From Thermodesulfobacteriota bacterium (GTDB lineage Bacteria; Desulfobacterota_D; UBA1144; Nemesobacterales; UBA2774), in assembly GCA_965216785.1 (NCBI GenBank), contig OZ244197.1, positions 1,024,001 to 1,088,000 on the forward strand: a DNA stretch of 64,000 nucleotides, written 5' to 3'. The translations under genes were made by a program, and so were the position numbers. This document shows, one piece after another, positions 21,488-29,752 of the stretch (within the stretch, counting starts at the first letter, position 1; every line of letters begins with the position of its first letter). A model generated the notes under the pieces. The model saw only the letters and a list, made by a program, of their open reading frames with translations, was not told where the DNA came from and searched no databases.

Positions 21488-21592
21488 AGACTCGTGCCTG
21501 GAGAGAGGCAGGTAATTAAATAGCAGATAGTCTTAAGAGTACGGCTTGATTGTTAAGAGGCTGTGTCGGGCGGGTTAACAGGATATGAATAG

Positions 21593-22582
21593 CTAAATAA
21601 GGTGGCTTACAAACTGGTCCGCAATAGAGCTCCAGCTCTGCGTCTCCGCGTATTTGCGGGCGTTTTCTGAAAAATCGTCCAGTTTATAAAAGACCTTCTC
21701 TATATTGTTCTCAAGATCGTCCCCCAGGTGCCCCGTGCATCCGTCCAGCACGATATCGCTAGGGCTCGGCACATTATACGCTACGACCGGGAGGCCGCAG
21801 GCCATGGCCTCGAGGATGACGAGCCCGAACGTGTCGAGCTTGCTCGGGAAAACAAATACATCGGCCTTGGTGTAAATATCCTTAAGGTTCTTGTGCGCTA
21901 CGTAGCCCGTATATTCAACGTCCGTATATTTTGATTTCAGTGTTTTTAAATATGGGCCGTCGCCGACGAGTATTTTTCTATAGCCCTTAATTTTACAAAA
22001 GTCCTCGAGGTTTTTATCTTTACTCACCCTGCCGACGGTGATGAGGGTTTTCTCTCTTGAGCGCCGGGCCTTGCCATTGGCATTGAATATGCTCGTATCT
22101 ACTCCCCTGCCCCAGACGATCGAGTTTCTCAGCCCCAGCTGCTTTGCTATGCTTTTGGTGGTGACCAGCACTTTCTTGCTGTAGCTGTGAAACCACCTTA
22201 CGTACAGCCAGGTCATGAACCTCGGGACGCCGTAGAGCACCCAGCCGTACTCTGCGAGCCTGGTGTGATAGGATGTGTTGTAGTTTATGGCGTTTGCGCG
22301 GCAGTACTGTCTCATCGCGAGCCCAAGGGAGCCTTCGGTCGCTATGTGAATCCTGTCGGGCTTTACCTGTTCGTAATATTTTTTGACTATCTGCGGTGCG
22401 TTTATGACGACCGGAATGTTGCCCTGGATTTTAAATATATGCTCCGCTCCACTGACGTAGGGGCTGAGCACGAACACGTCGTGCTCTTCTTTTATGAGCT
22501 TGGTGATGTAGCTCCAGGTGTAGGTTACGCCGTTTACCTGGGGGTGCCACGCGTCAGTAACGAGCATTATTTTCATATTCAT
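21593..22582 (-). CDS. GT4 glycosyltransferase (Agt/MgtA-like glycolipid synthase)
   Basis: TDAWHPQVNGV, HIATEGSLG, TSYHT and DTFGLVILEAMACG motifs. Confidence 0.88.
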   Translation of the reverse strand: MNMKIMLVTDAWHPQVNGVTYTWSYITKLIKEEHDVFVLSPYVSGAEHIFKIQGNIPVVINAPQIVKKYYEQVKPDRIHIATEGSLGLAMRQYCRANAINYNTSYHTRLAEYGWVLYGVPRFMTWLYVRWFHSYSKKVLVTTKSIAKQLGLRNSIVWGRGVDTSIFNANGKARRSREKTLITVGRVSKDKNLEDFCKIKGYRKILVGDGPYLKTLKSKYTDVEYTGYVAHKNLKDIYTKADVFVFPSKLDTFGLVILEAMACGLPVVAYNVPSPSDIVLDGCTGHLGDDLENNIEKVFYKLDDFSENARKYAETQSWSSIADQFVSHLI

Positions 22583-22628
22583 ACCCGGAGAGTAAATCTA
22601 TAGCGGATATGTTGAGGATATAATTTAA

Positions 22629-22668
22629 ATATTAAGGGTGTATGTTAAAGGGATTAAAGGGGGGTTAA
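22629..22668 (-). promoter_or_regulatory. Pho-box-like array
   Basis: TTAACCC, TTAATCC and TTAATAT at offsets 0, 11 and 33 bp, upstream of the GT4 gene. Confidence 0.5.
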
Positions 22669-22694
22669 TAAACCTATCCTGAACACTAGGGCTT

Positions 22695-23333
22695 TTAAAT
22701 GATGTTAGTGAAATAAAGAATGGACGCGGCTGTCGCCCCTCCAAGAAAAATGCCCGCTATACTCTGTGAAAAGGTGTGTCTGTCAAGGCGTACCCGGGAC
22801 CATGCTGTGGCCGGAATAATCAGAGATACGGGCAGTAAGCTCTGTCCGAATAGCGCTATCGCCACAACGGCAAGCCCCGATGCCGCGGTACAGTGACCGC
22901 TGATCTTCCACCTGAAGGTTATGAGCACTATCAGCATCAGCTGAATTATGGCTACTGAGCTTATGATCAAGAGCATTCTCGGAGCGCCCCCGAAGTAGAG
23001 CACGGAGAATACTATAGAGGATATAAGCAGAATAATAATAAGCGGCCAGGCGCGCTGCTCCCTGATCTTCATATGAAAATCGGTTACGTGCCCCCTTCTG
23101 ACAAGAGAGAAAATATATATGCTGGGTATCAGCACGAAAAGTACTATGGATATAACAGTCCAGTAGAGCACGGGCTCGTTTTCAACAGCCTGGGCCGCTA
23201 GAATGAGGCTCGCTACCGCAAGCAGGGGCGGGCTGAATATTGTGGATATTATGCGTGCCGTTTTATCTCTCCGGTGTTCCGATATTAATATAGTGTCAGC
23301 AATTCTCGAGTAATAGCTTTTATTTGTCGCCAT
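22695..23333 (-). CDS. PAP2-like membrane phosphatase
   Basis: Multiple TM segments; KISGH and WSRVRLDRHTFSQ motifs. Confidence 0.75.
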   Translation of the reverse strand: MATNKSYYSRIADTILISEHRRDKTARIISTIFSPPLLAVASLILAAQAVENEPVLYWTVISIVLFVLIPSIYIFSLVRRGHVTDFHMKIREQRAWPLIIILLISSIVFSVLYFGGAPRMLLIISSVAIIQLMLIVLITFRWKISGHCTAASGLAVVAIALFGQSLLPVSLIIPATAWSRVRLDRHTFSQSIAGIFLGGATAASILYFTNII

Positions 23334-23388
23334 CGTTCTTTGTTTTAACCGTTTTGCCGTCCATAACTAATAGTATAATAGCAATTAA

Positions 23389-23428
23389 GTATTAAGCGGT
23401 CTTTAATTCTCTATTAAAGCGGCGTTAA
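23389..23428 (-). promoter_or_regulatory. Pho-box-like array of four repeats
   Basis: TTAA at 23392, 23403, 23414 and 23425 (exact 11-bp period); -10 TATACT at 23372-23377. Confidence 0.6.
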
Positions 23429-23621
23429 CGTAGTACCATCTGCAAAGGCGCGTATAAGTCCCGAATATTAAGAATGCTCGACCGCTTATTTCTTAATAAT
23501 GGCCCCCCATAAACATATTATAGTCTAAAAATCCAAAATTAGTAATAGGCAGTTTGGATTGGGCCGCTGTCCCTGTAAACAGCCCGCGTTTTTGGGGATT
23601 GCTCTTGAGCCGGGCATTGGG

Positions 23622-23864
23622 ATGTACCGTGTGCAGGAGAGGATACTTGAGTTTCTGGACGGCGAGACAGAGCCGGTGCATAGGAAGCTGATATTTGAGG
23701 ACGTGCAGGACGAGACCGGAGCTAAGCAGAGAACAGTTGAACGCGGGATTGAGGAGCTTATGGCCCTAGGACATGTTACAAAGGTGAAAAGGGGTTACTA
23801 CATGCTCTCAGAGTTCGCGCCGCAAGCGCCAACCCTAGGGTTTGGCGGGAATGGCGGGAAGTGA
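23622..23864 (+). CDS. Small winged-helix protein or fragment
   Basis: QERILEFL...RTVERGIEELMALGHVTKVKRGYYML wHTH pattern; start uncertain and RBS weak. Confidence 0.55.
   Translation: MYRVQERILEFLDGETEPVHRKLIFEDVQDETGAKQRTVERGIEELMALGHVTKVKRGYYMLSEFAPQAPTLGFGGNGGK
23811..23860. repeat. Left imperfect inverted repeat of the R-M cassette (internally palindromic)
   Basis: GAGTTCGCGCCGCAAGCGCCAA-CCCTAGGG-TTTGGCGGGAATGGCGGGAA; both blocks match the reverse complement of 25992..26086. Confidence 0.8.
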
Positions 23865-23875
23865 GGGGGTATCTA

Positions 23876-24718
23876 TCAAAGAATATCTTTTTCTACTTCA
23901 GGTGCTTCTATTCCTAAATATTCTCTATATATTCTCTCCCTGTAGACATTACCAAGCTCATTTACAGCTTCAATGAATGCTTGGTAAGTTCCAGTACCAC
24001 CTATTTTGTCCCAAAATTCATTTCCAATTAGGACAACTTTGTCCTCTTTCATATCAAACCATCGTGCAGGAAAACTCCAACTATAGTTTTCTCTAGTGCC
24101 ATATGGGTTGTAGGGCAAAGCATAAAAAGCATCATCTATTTGCGGATTTGTCATACAGTAGAGTTTCAATATTTTTTCTTTACTTACTTTTGTCTGATCA
24201 CTATTGGGTAGAGGTGCTTTTAATTCAAATGCATATTTTTTGTCGTTATTATGATCTTCAGTGTAAACATCACATACAACTGTAATAGGAATTTCTTCAC
24301 CTTTGCCTTTCAGAATATAATTTATTTCAGTATCCCAATCGGGCCGTTTCCGCTTTTGTCCTTTCCCAGGGTGTTCCAATGCATTAAGGATTTCAGTTAT
24401 ACGTCTAAGCCTACCCTGTTTAATTGTTCCACTTATAGTATGATTTAATTTTCCAAAGCCAAGACCATGTTGTGCCGCAACAACAGCTAATTTTTCCCAA
24501 ACTCCACCAAATGGAGTTACAAATCTACGTTCAAAATGAGACCCTTGAAATATTTCATAAGGCACTAGTGCCGCATATAATGGTTTCTCAGCTTTAAATT
24601 TGTCCAGTAGAAAAGGATCTTCAACTAATACTTTCTCTAGAACTCTATCCATCAACAAATTGATAACTGATTGTATAGATGTTTTGATCTCATCATGAAC
24701 GCTCACAACTTTCTCCAT
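23876..24718 (-). CDS. Type II restriction endonuclease, TdeIII/MjaII-like
   Basis: FERRFVTPFG, CDVY...FELKAPLPNSDQ (PD-(D/E)xK), ALPYNPYG and EFWDKIGG motifs; AT-rich. Confidence 0.85.
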   Translation of the reverse strand: MEKVVSVHDEIKTSIQSVINLLMDRVLEKVLVEDPFLLDKFKAEKPLYAALVPYEIFQGSHFERRFVTPFGGVWEKLAVVAAQHGLGFGKLNHTISGTIKQGRLRRITEILNALEHPGKGQKRKRPDWDTEINYILKGKGEEIPITVVCDVYTEDHNNDKKYAFELKAPLPNSDQTKVSKEKILKLYCMTNPQIDDAFYALPYNPYGTRENYSWSFPARWFDMKEDKVVLIGNEFWDKIGGTGTYQAFIEAVNELGNVYRERIYREYLGIEAPEVEKDIL

Positions 24719-25920
24719 ATGAATACTGATTCATAGAATTCATTAGACCTTCTGCCTGTTCTGCGATTAACATGTCGTTGTACAATGGCTTCGATTTCAA
24801 CATCTACAAGTTTAGCAATTTGCTCATAAAGGTTTTTTGTATCAGCAGCAATAATTATCATCCTGCCACCAGGTGCTAATGCATTTTTTGCATTAATAAA
24901 AACATTAGCAAGTGCCTCTATATATTTTTGTTGTGCCTTCTTACTTGCGCCATTTGCAGCAGGACCAATTTCATCCTGGCTATTGTCTTCAAGTCCTAAC
25001 AAATGATATGCATATTCATGCTGTAAGTGGTAATCAATCAAACCAACATATGGTGGACTTGTAATAACACCGTCTATTGGTGGGTATGCGGCTTGTCGAC
25101 TATCCTGATGATGAACCTCTGATAATGCATTGGTTCGTAAATGTGAAAATTCCTTTATACGCCTTATAGTATCAAGGCTATATCTAGAGATAAATTTAAG
25201 AGCATCTTCTGTCGGTGTACACGTTCTAGAATGCTTATAACACCAATATTCAGTATTTTGAGGAAACTTAGGAAAATCGAGGTCATAATGTGTTGTTAAT
25301 CGTGCGGATCTTGCGGAACGGGAAAGTATTATTTTTAGAAGATCTTTGTATTTATAATTTCCTGTCTCTAGAAAGAATTTATAAGCTAACAGCTCATTTA
25401 AGGCTTTTGGTTTGTACCACTCTTTTAAGTATTGATTAGCAACAAATGTAGGGTTCTCTAACTTTAGATTTTCTTTCCAGAGACTTAGCTGGTTCTTATC
25501 TCTTTGTGAAAACTCGTTTACCTTTTTTAGGATATCTAATACTTCTTCGTTTAAACTAGAAATATCATATTTCTCTATCTTAACTTTAGACAATAATACA
25601 TTGAAAGCCGAAACATCATAACCAATAGTATTTATTCCTAACTCATTTGCTTGTATTAGTGTAGTACCTGAACCACAAAATGGATCTAGTATTGTTTGCC
25701 CGGGTTCAAAATACTTCCGTAAAAATATTTCTACTAACTGTGGGATAAATTTGCCCAGATATGGGTGTAGACGGTGAACATGCTTAGTTCTTTCTCTTTC
25801 TGGAAGCTCTTTTTCGTTCCAATTTAAGTTTAAAGATTCAAGTTTTGTATCTTTACTAACCCTACTAGGTATAGTGGGTGTTAACTCTTTGTATTCAGTT
25901 GTTTCTTGTGTCAACTGCAA
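24703..25920 (-). CDS. DNA N4-cytosine/N6-adenine methyltransferase
   Basis: HPYLGKFIPQL, DPFCGSGTT and ITSPPY motifs; overlaps the endonuclease gene. Confidence 0.9.
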   Translation of the reverse strand: MQLTQETTEYKELTPTIPSRVSKDTKLESLNLNWNEKELPERERTKHVHRLHPYLGKFIPQLVEIFLRKYFEPGQTILDPFCGSGTTLIQANELGINTIGYDVSAFNVLLSKVKIEKYDISSLNEEVLDILKKVNEFSQRDKNQLSLWKENLKLENPTFVANQYLKEWYKPKALNELLAYKFFLETGNYKYKDLLKIILSRSARSARLTTHYDLDFPKFPQNTEYWCYKHSRTCTPTEDALKFISRYSLDTIRRIKEFSHLRTNALSEVHHQDSRQAAYPPIDGVITSPPYVGLIDYHLQHEYAYHLLGLEDNSQDEIGPAANGASKKAQQKYIEALANVFINAKNALAPGGRMIIIAADTKNLYEQIAKLVDVEIEAIVQRHVNRRTGRRSNEFYESVFIWRKL

Positions 25921-25991
25921 TTTATCTGACCTTTAAATATTTTGTGGTATAACATACTAGATTGACTAATATACTTCAAATGTAAATGATG

Positions 25992-26086
25992 TTCCCGCCA
26001 ATCGCGCCAAAGTATGGGGACAGAGGCGAGCGTCTTAATGCGATGCCGGGGTGTTAATTAGAAATTGGCGCTTGCGGCGCTAACTC
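25992..26086. repeat. Right imperfect inverted repeat of the R-M cassette
   Basis: TTCCCGCCAATCGCGCCAAA (18/20 match) and TTGGCGCTTGCGGCGCTAACTC (21/22 match) to the left-end blocks. Confidence 0.8.
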
Positions 26087-26099
26087 AAAAGACAGAAAC

Positions 26100-26145
26100 A
26101 AAAAAGGGAGCCGAAAGGGAGATAATCTCCCTAAGCTCCCTCTTT
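26100..26145 (-). terminator. IPTL-type terminator with an internal insertion
   Basis: Minus strand GGGAGC-[TTAGGGAGATTATCTCCCT]-TTCGGCTCCC-TTTTTT. Confidence 0.7.
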
Positions 26146-26180
26146 CATACTTTAGTTTTTCTATTTGTTACCGCGAGTGG

Positions 26181-26693
26181 TTACGCCGCGGCTTTTCTTC
26201 TGCGGACTGCTAACAGCCCTACAATGCCCAAAACTCCCGCCATGGCTATGAGTCCCCATTCAGACAGCGTAGGGATGGGGCGCGCACCTAAAAAATTGCT
26301 AAATGTACACGATATAGCACCACCACCGCCAAAGCAGCCGATGGTCACAGTAGCGCCGTCAATGGAAAAATTAACATCTCCCTCAACCCCGCACTCTATA
26401 CCCTGAAGCTCCCATCCGTCTAAAGGCTGTTCTGTGACTGCGAGTGTGTCGCCCGGGTCTATGCTAGTTGCGAAAGAGTCAGAATCGGGGTCACTTAAGG
26501 GAACTTCAAAAACAATCTCACCGGAAACGTTTTCAAATGTGAACACCGTGTTGTTTGCGGGAGTGGACGATTTAACAATCTCTATATCACAGTCCGTTGG
26601 TTGAGCCCTGGCATCGGGGCTGAAACCCAAACCAATTCCAACGGCAACATACGCGAAAATAAATACCGCAGCAATTCTGTAAGCGATCTTCAT
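26181..26693 (-). CDS. IPTL-CTERM protein with a single prealbumin-like/CnaB-type domain
   Basis: Signal peptide, CDIEIVK...VTE...CTFSN, then RPIPTLSEWG-TM-RRRK. Confidence 0.9.
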   Translation of the reverse strand: MKIAYRIAAVFIFAYVAVGIGLGFSPDARAQPTDCDIEIVKSSTPANNTVFTFENVSGEIVFEVPLSDPDSDSFATSIDPGDTLAVTEQPLDGWELQGIECGVEGDVNFSIDGATVTIGCFGGGGAISCTFSNFLGARPIPTLSEWGLIAMAGVLGIVGLLAVRRRKAAA

Positions 26694-26794
26694 GATGGAT
26701 CCTCCTTTATGCGTAAAAAATTCAGATTTTTTCTACGCTAACATATTTTACTGCCTTTTTGAAGATATATCGGGCAAATAGAGCAGAAGAGCCG

Positions 26795-26855
26795 CGCGGT
26801 TTAATCAGGGGCTTTCTCGAACGTTACGCGGAGCATGCCCCCTTCGAGGCTGGCG
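26795..26855. repeat. Direct repeat copy 1 (duplicate of the arsA 3' end)
   Basis: 26795-26845 is identical to 27990-28040 (51 bp); the match extends to 61 bp with 2 mismatches. Confidence 0.95.
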
Positions 26856-27072
26856 AAGCCCGATCGGGGGGGGAGCCTAAAATCAAGCTGGCCCGGGACG
26901 ACTTAAACACGCGAAGGGCGGTTAAAACAATAGACTCTTTTAATTATTATTTATACCTAGCGTTGTTTTTATATAATAGATTTTAATCTACTTAAAGGTG
27001 AGATTGCGCTAGGAATTTAATCTAATAGTGTTATAATTGGATAAATATTCACAATAAAAGGGAGGTTATGGG

Positions 27073-27999
27073 ATGAATCTATTAAGAATAACAATTACAG
27101 CTTTTTTCATTTTTATGCTCTCCTACGGCGCAGCGAGTGCACAACATGCACTCTTGATTTCCGTCGACGATTTCTGCATACAAGACGATGTGGGTAGTGA
27201 GCAGAGCAGACTTTTCAGAGTTGACCCGGAAACAGGGCAGATAGTAAGTATCGGACCAATCGGTTTCGACGCCGTAACGGGCATGGCGCAGCTCGGTGAC
27301 GGGAGACTCGTGGGCAGCGCAAGAGCGGACGCGGATGGGGACAGGATATCTATCCTTATCGAAATAAACCCGCTCACAGGCACGGGTACACTCATCGGGA
27401 CCATCGGTAACAATAACGAGGGCGGCTGCGGCAGAGTGCCTGACCTTACCTACGACGCTGCTACGGATACGCTCTACGGAATAGGCTTCAGGTGTATTCC
27501 GGGTGACAGCCACGGCGGCATAACAGAGCTGCTTACTATAAATCAAAATACCGGAGAGGGCACTACAGTCGGGCAGACCGGGTTTTTCGGGGGCGGGAAC
27601 GGACTGGCCATCAGTCCCGGCGGTACGCTGTTTTCTTCTGAGAACGAAGAGTTTTTAACCCTTGACCCGGATACAGGCCAGGGAACGCTGGTTGCAAACC
27701 ATCCCCCACCGGGTGATTTCGTTATGTCTGCAATGGACTTCCAGCCTGAAACAGGTGATCTCTTTGGGGTTGCATTCAGATTTGGCGAAGGGTTCCCGAC
27801 CGATCTCGTAACCATAAATACTGCAACAGCCGTGTTAACCACAATACTCGAGTTGCCGGTCTGTTCAGATGCGATGGTGTTTATTGAAATTCCACCGAGA
27901 CCCATCCCTACGCTTTCCGAGTGGGGACTGATCGCTACAGCCGGAGTGCTGGGCATTATCGGCTTCTTTGCGCTCAGGAGAAGAAGGGCCGCGGTTTAA
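27073..27999 (+). CDS. IPTL-CTERM protein with beta-propeller-like repeats
   Basis: Signal peptide, repeated L..IDP.TG.GT..G motif and RPIPTLSEWG-TM-RRRR; GGGAGG RBS. Confidence 0.9.
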   Translation: MNLLRITITAFFIFMLSYGAASAQHALLISVDDFCIQDDVGSEQSRLFRVDPETGQIVSIGPIGFDAVTGMAQLGDGRLVGSARADADGDRISILIEINPLTGTGTLIGTIGNNNEGGCGRVPDLTYDAATDTLYGIGFRCIPGDSHGGITELLTINQNTGEGTTVGQTGFFGGGNGLAISPGGTLFSSENEEFLTLDPDTGQGTLVANHPPPGDFVMSAMDFQPETGDLFGVAFRFGEGFPTDLVTINTATAVLTTILELPVCSDAMVFIEIPPRPIPTLSEWGLIATAGVLGIIGFFALRRRRAAV

Positions 28000-28050
28000 T
28001 CAGGGGCTTTCTCGAACGTTACGCGGAGCATGCCCCCTTCTAGGTTGGCG
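27990..28050. repeat. Direct repeat copy 2
   Basis: Contains the overlapping stop codons of the IPTL gene (+) and arsA (-) in one TTAA. Confidence 0.95.
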
Positions 28051-29171
28051 CTCTCCACATTTAGCTTGGCGAGGAACTTGGGCAGGAAAATGTTCCGCCT
28101 CTGGTTCTCGATCTGAATAGTAAGCTCGTCCCCTACCTGGTGGAGCTTCAGCTCTTCCTTTGTAATGAAAGGGAGCGTCATCACGAGCGAGTAGGTGTCT
28201 TCCTCTTTCACAATCTCATAGGGCTTACCCTTGAAAAATACCTGCGAGGGGTCTTCGCCTGAAAACAGGGACTGTCCAAACCCGGTAAGCGCCTGTGTGC
28301 CCAGGACCTCTTTTGACGAGAGCTGGGCCTCGTGTATGGGTATCCGGTTGAACAGCTCCCCTATCTCCTCGCGGTAAGTGTCCTGGAACTTGCGCCACTC
28401 TTTAAAGAACGGGTGGTCGAGCTCAACGGGCATGGTGCGGTTTACGATTATCGAGTCCACGGGATAGCCGTAGAGGTTGAGGTAGGTGTACGCCCTCTGG
28501 GTCTCCTTGATAACCATTTTCTCAAGGTTCAGGACGAGGCGGATGGAGGTGATCTCGGGGTCTGAGAATACCTGGTGTATGGCGTTTAACTGTACAAAGA
28601 GCTGCTCTATCGCCTCATACGTGTCCTCTTCGGGAAGCGGCATATCGGACACCACTTTCACGGCGGGCCTTACGACCTTTAGCACTTTGCGCTCTATAGG
28701 GAACACCTTCACGAGCCACCAGCGGGCAACGTCGGGAAGCGAAAGGAGCTTTAGGGTCTCGCCCGTAGGGGCGCTGTCCACGATGATTACGTCGAAGTCG
28801 CTTTCCATGTAGTGGTTATAGACCCAGAGAAAGGAGGCTACCTCTTCCATGCCGGGGAAGACGCTGAATTCTTCTGCCAGTATGTCGTCAACGTTCATCC
28901 AGCTAAAAAGGGACTGTATGTAGCCCGTGAGCTTTCCCCAGTATTTATTGACAGAGTAGTAAACGTCTATCTCCTGGGCGTAGAGGTTCTTCATCACGCG
29001 CACGGGCTCGGGCCCGAGCTCTCTATCGAACGCGTCGCGCAGGCTATGGGCGGCGTCTGTAGAGACAACGAGGGTCTTGTGCCCCATCTTGGCAGACTGT
29101 ATGGCAGTGGCCGCGGCAACCGTTGTCTTGCCGACTCCCCCTTTCCCGGTGTATAGGATTACTCTTTTCAT
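27996..29171 (-). CDS. ArsA/Get3-family ATPase with a C-terminal HSP20-like domain
   Basis: GKGGVGKTT, STDAAHSL and DSAPTGETL motifs; C-terminal GDELTIQIENQRRNIFLP; no cysteines. Confidence 0.9.
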   Translation of the reverse strand: MKRVILYTGKGGVGKTTVAAATAIQSAKMGHKTLVVSTDAAHSLRDAFDRELGPEPVRVMKNLYAQEIDVYYSVNKYWGKLTGYIQSLFSWMNVDDILAEEFSVFPGMEEVASFLWVYNHYMESDFDVIIVDSAPTGETLKLLSLPDVARWWLVKVFPIERKVLKVVRPAVKVVSDMPLPEEDTYEAIEQLFVQLNAIHQVFSDPEITSIRLVLNLEKMVIKETQRAYTYLNLYGYPVDSIIVNRTMPVELDHPFFKEWRKFQDTYREEIGELFNRIPIHEAQLSSKEVLGTQALTGFGQSLFSGEDPSQVFFKGKPYEIVKEEDTYSLVMTLPFITKEELKLHQVGDELTIQIENQRRNIFLPKFLAKLNVESANLEGGMLRVTFEKAPD

Positions 29172-29295
29172 GTGTTTGTCTCTTTAAGCATTAGATTTAA
29201 GTGTGTATAAAGAGTACCAGGTAATCCAGCGGGCTTGACATAAATTCTCACGCGCTTAATATAATAGTCCGAAATCTTTTAGCGAGGTTTACATT

Positions 29296-29439
29296 ATGAG
29301 TGATAACAACGCTTCAGACAACAACGTACCAAATTCCTACCCGGGGCTATTTGCGGTTGCCTCTTTTTTGATCTTGCTGGCCACAGCGCTCTTGGCCGTA
29401 GGCGGGATCTACTTTAGCTTCATCAATCCTTCTTTTTAG
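29296..29439 (+). CDS. 47-aa small protein with a C-terminal TM helix (not in ORF track)
   Basis: MSDNNASDNNVPNSYPGLFAVASFLILLATALLAVGGIYFSFINPSF; GAGG RBS; TTGACA at 29235 with TAATAT/TATAAT downstream. Confidence 0.7.
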   Translation: MSDNNASDNNVPNSYPGLFAVASFLILLATALLAVGGIYFSFINPSF

Positions 29440-29752
29440 TCCTCTCTATTAATTTACACAGGGCATTCTCAATTCTTTAAAAATATTGTATGATTGAACT
29501 GTAATCTATTTTTAAAGGGGGAGAGAAAGAAAGCTCTATTCAAAAAAAGTCTCAGGGCTATTCGCTTTAACCTTTTTACTATTACAAGCGTTTATTATGC
29601 CTACACAGACTGCACAAGTGCAGCAGCCTTTCTTGAAATAGTAGGGCTCTCCGAAGAAGAAAGGTTACGGTTTAGTATAAGGAAAACAGTACAAAATCTA
29701 TTATTTTTTTTTAAAATAAAGCCGACTATCCAGTCTAAAGGAGAATGGAAAA

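Noticed and set aside
26759-26986. 75-aa ORF across direct repeat copy 1
   Set aside because: TTG start with no RBS; reads through the antisense of the arsA duplicate.
27996-29171. Arsenic resistance ATPase
   Set aside because: Single ATPase domain, no cysteines and no arsB/arsC/arsR nearby.
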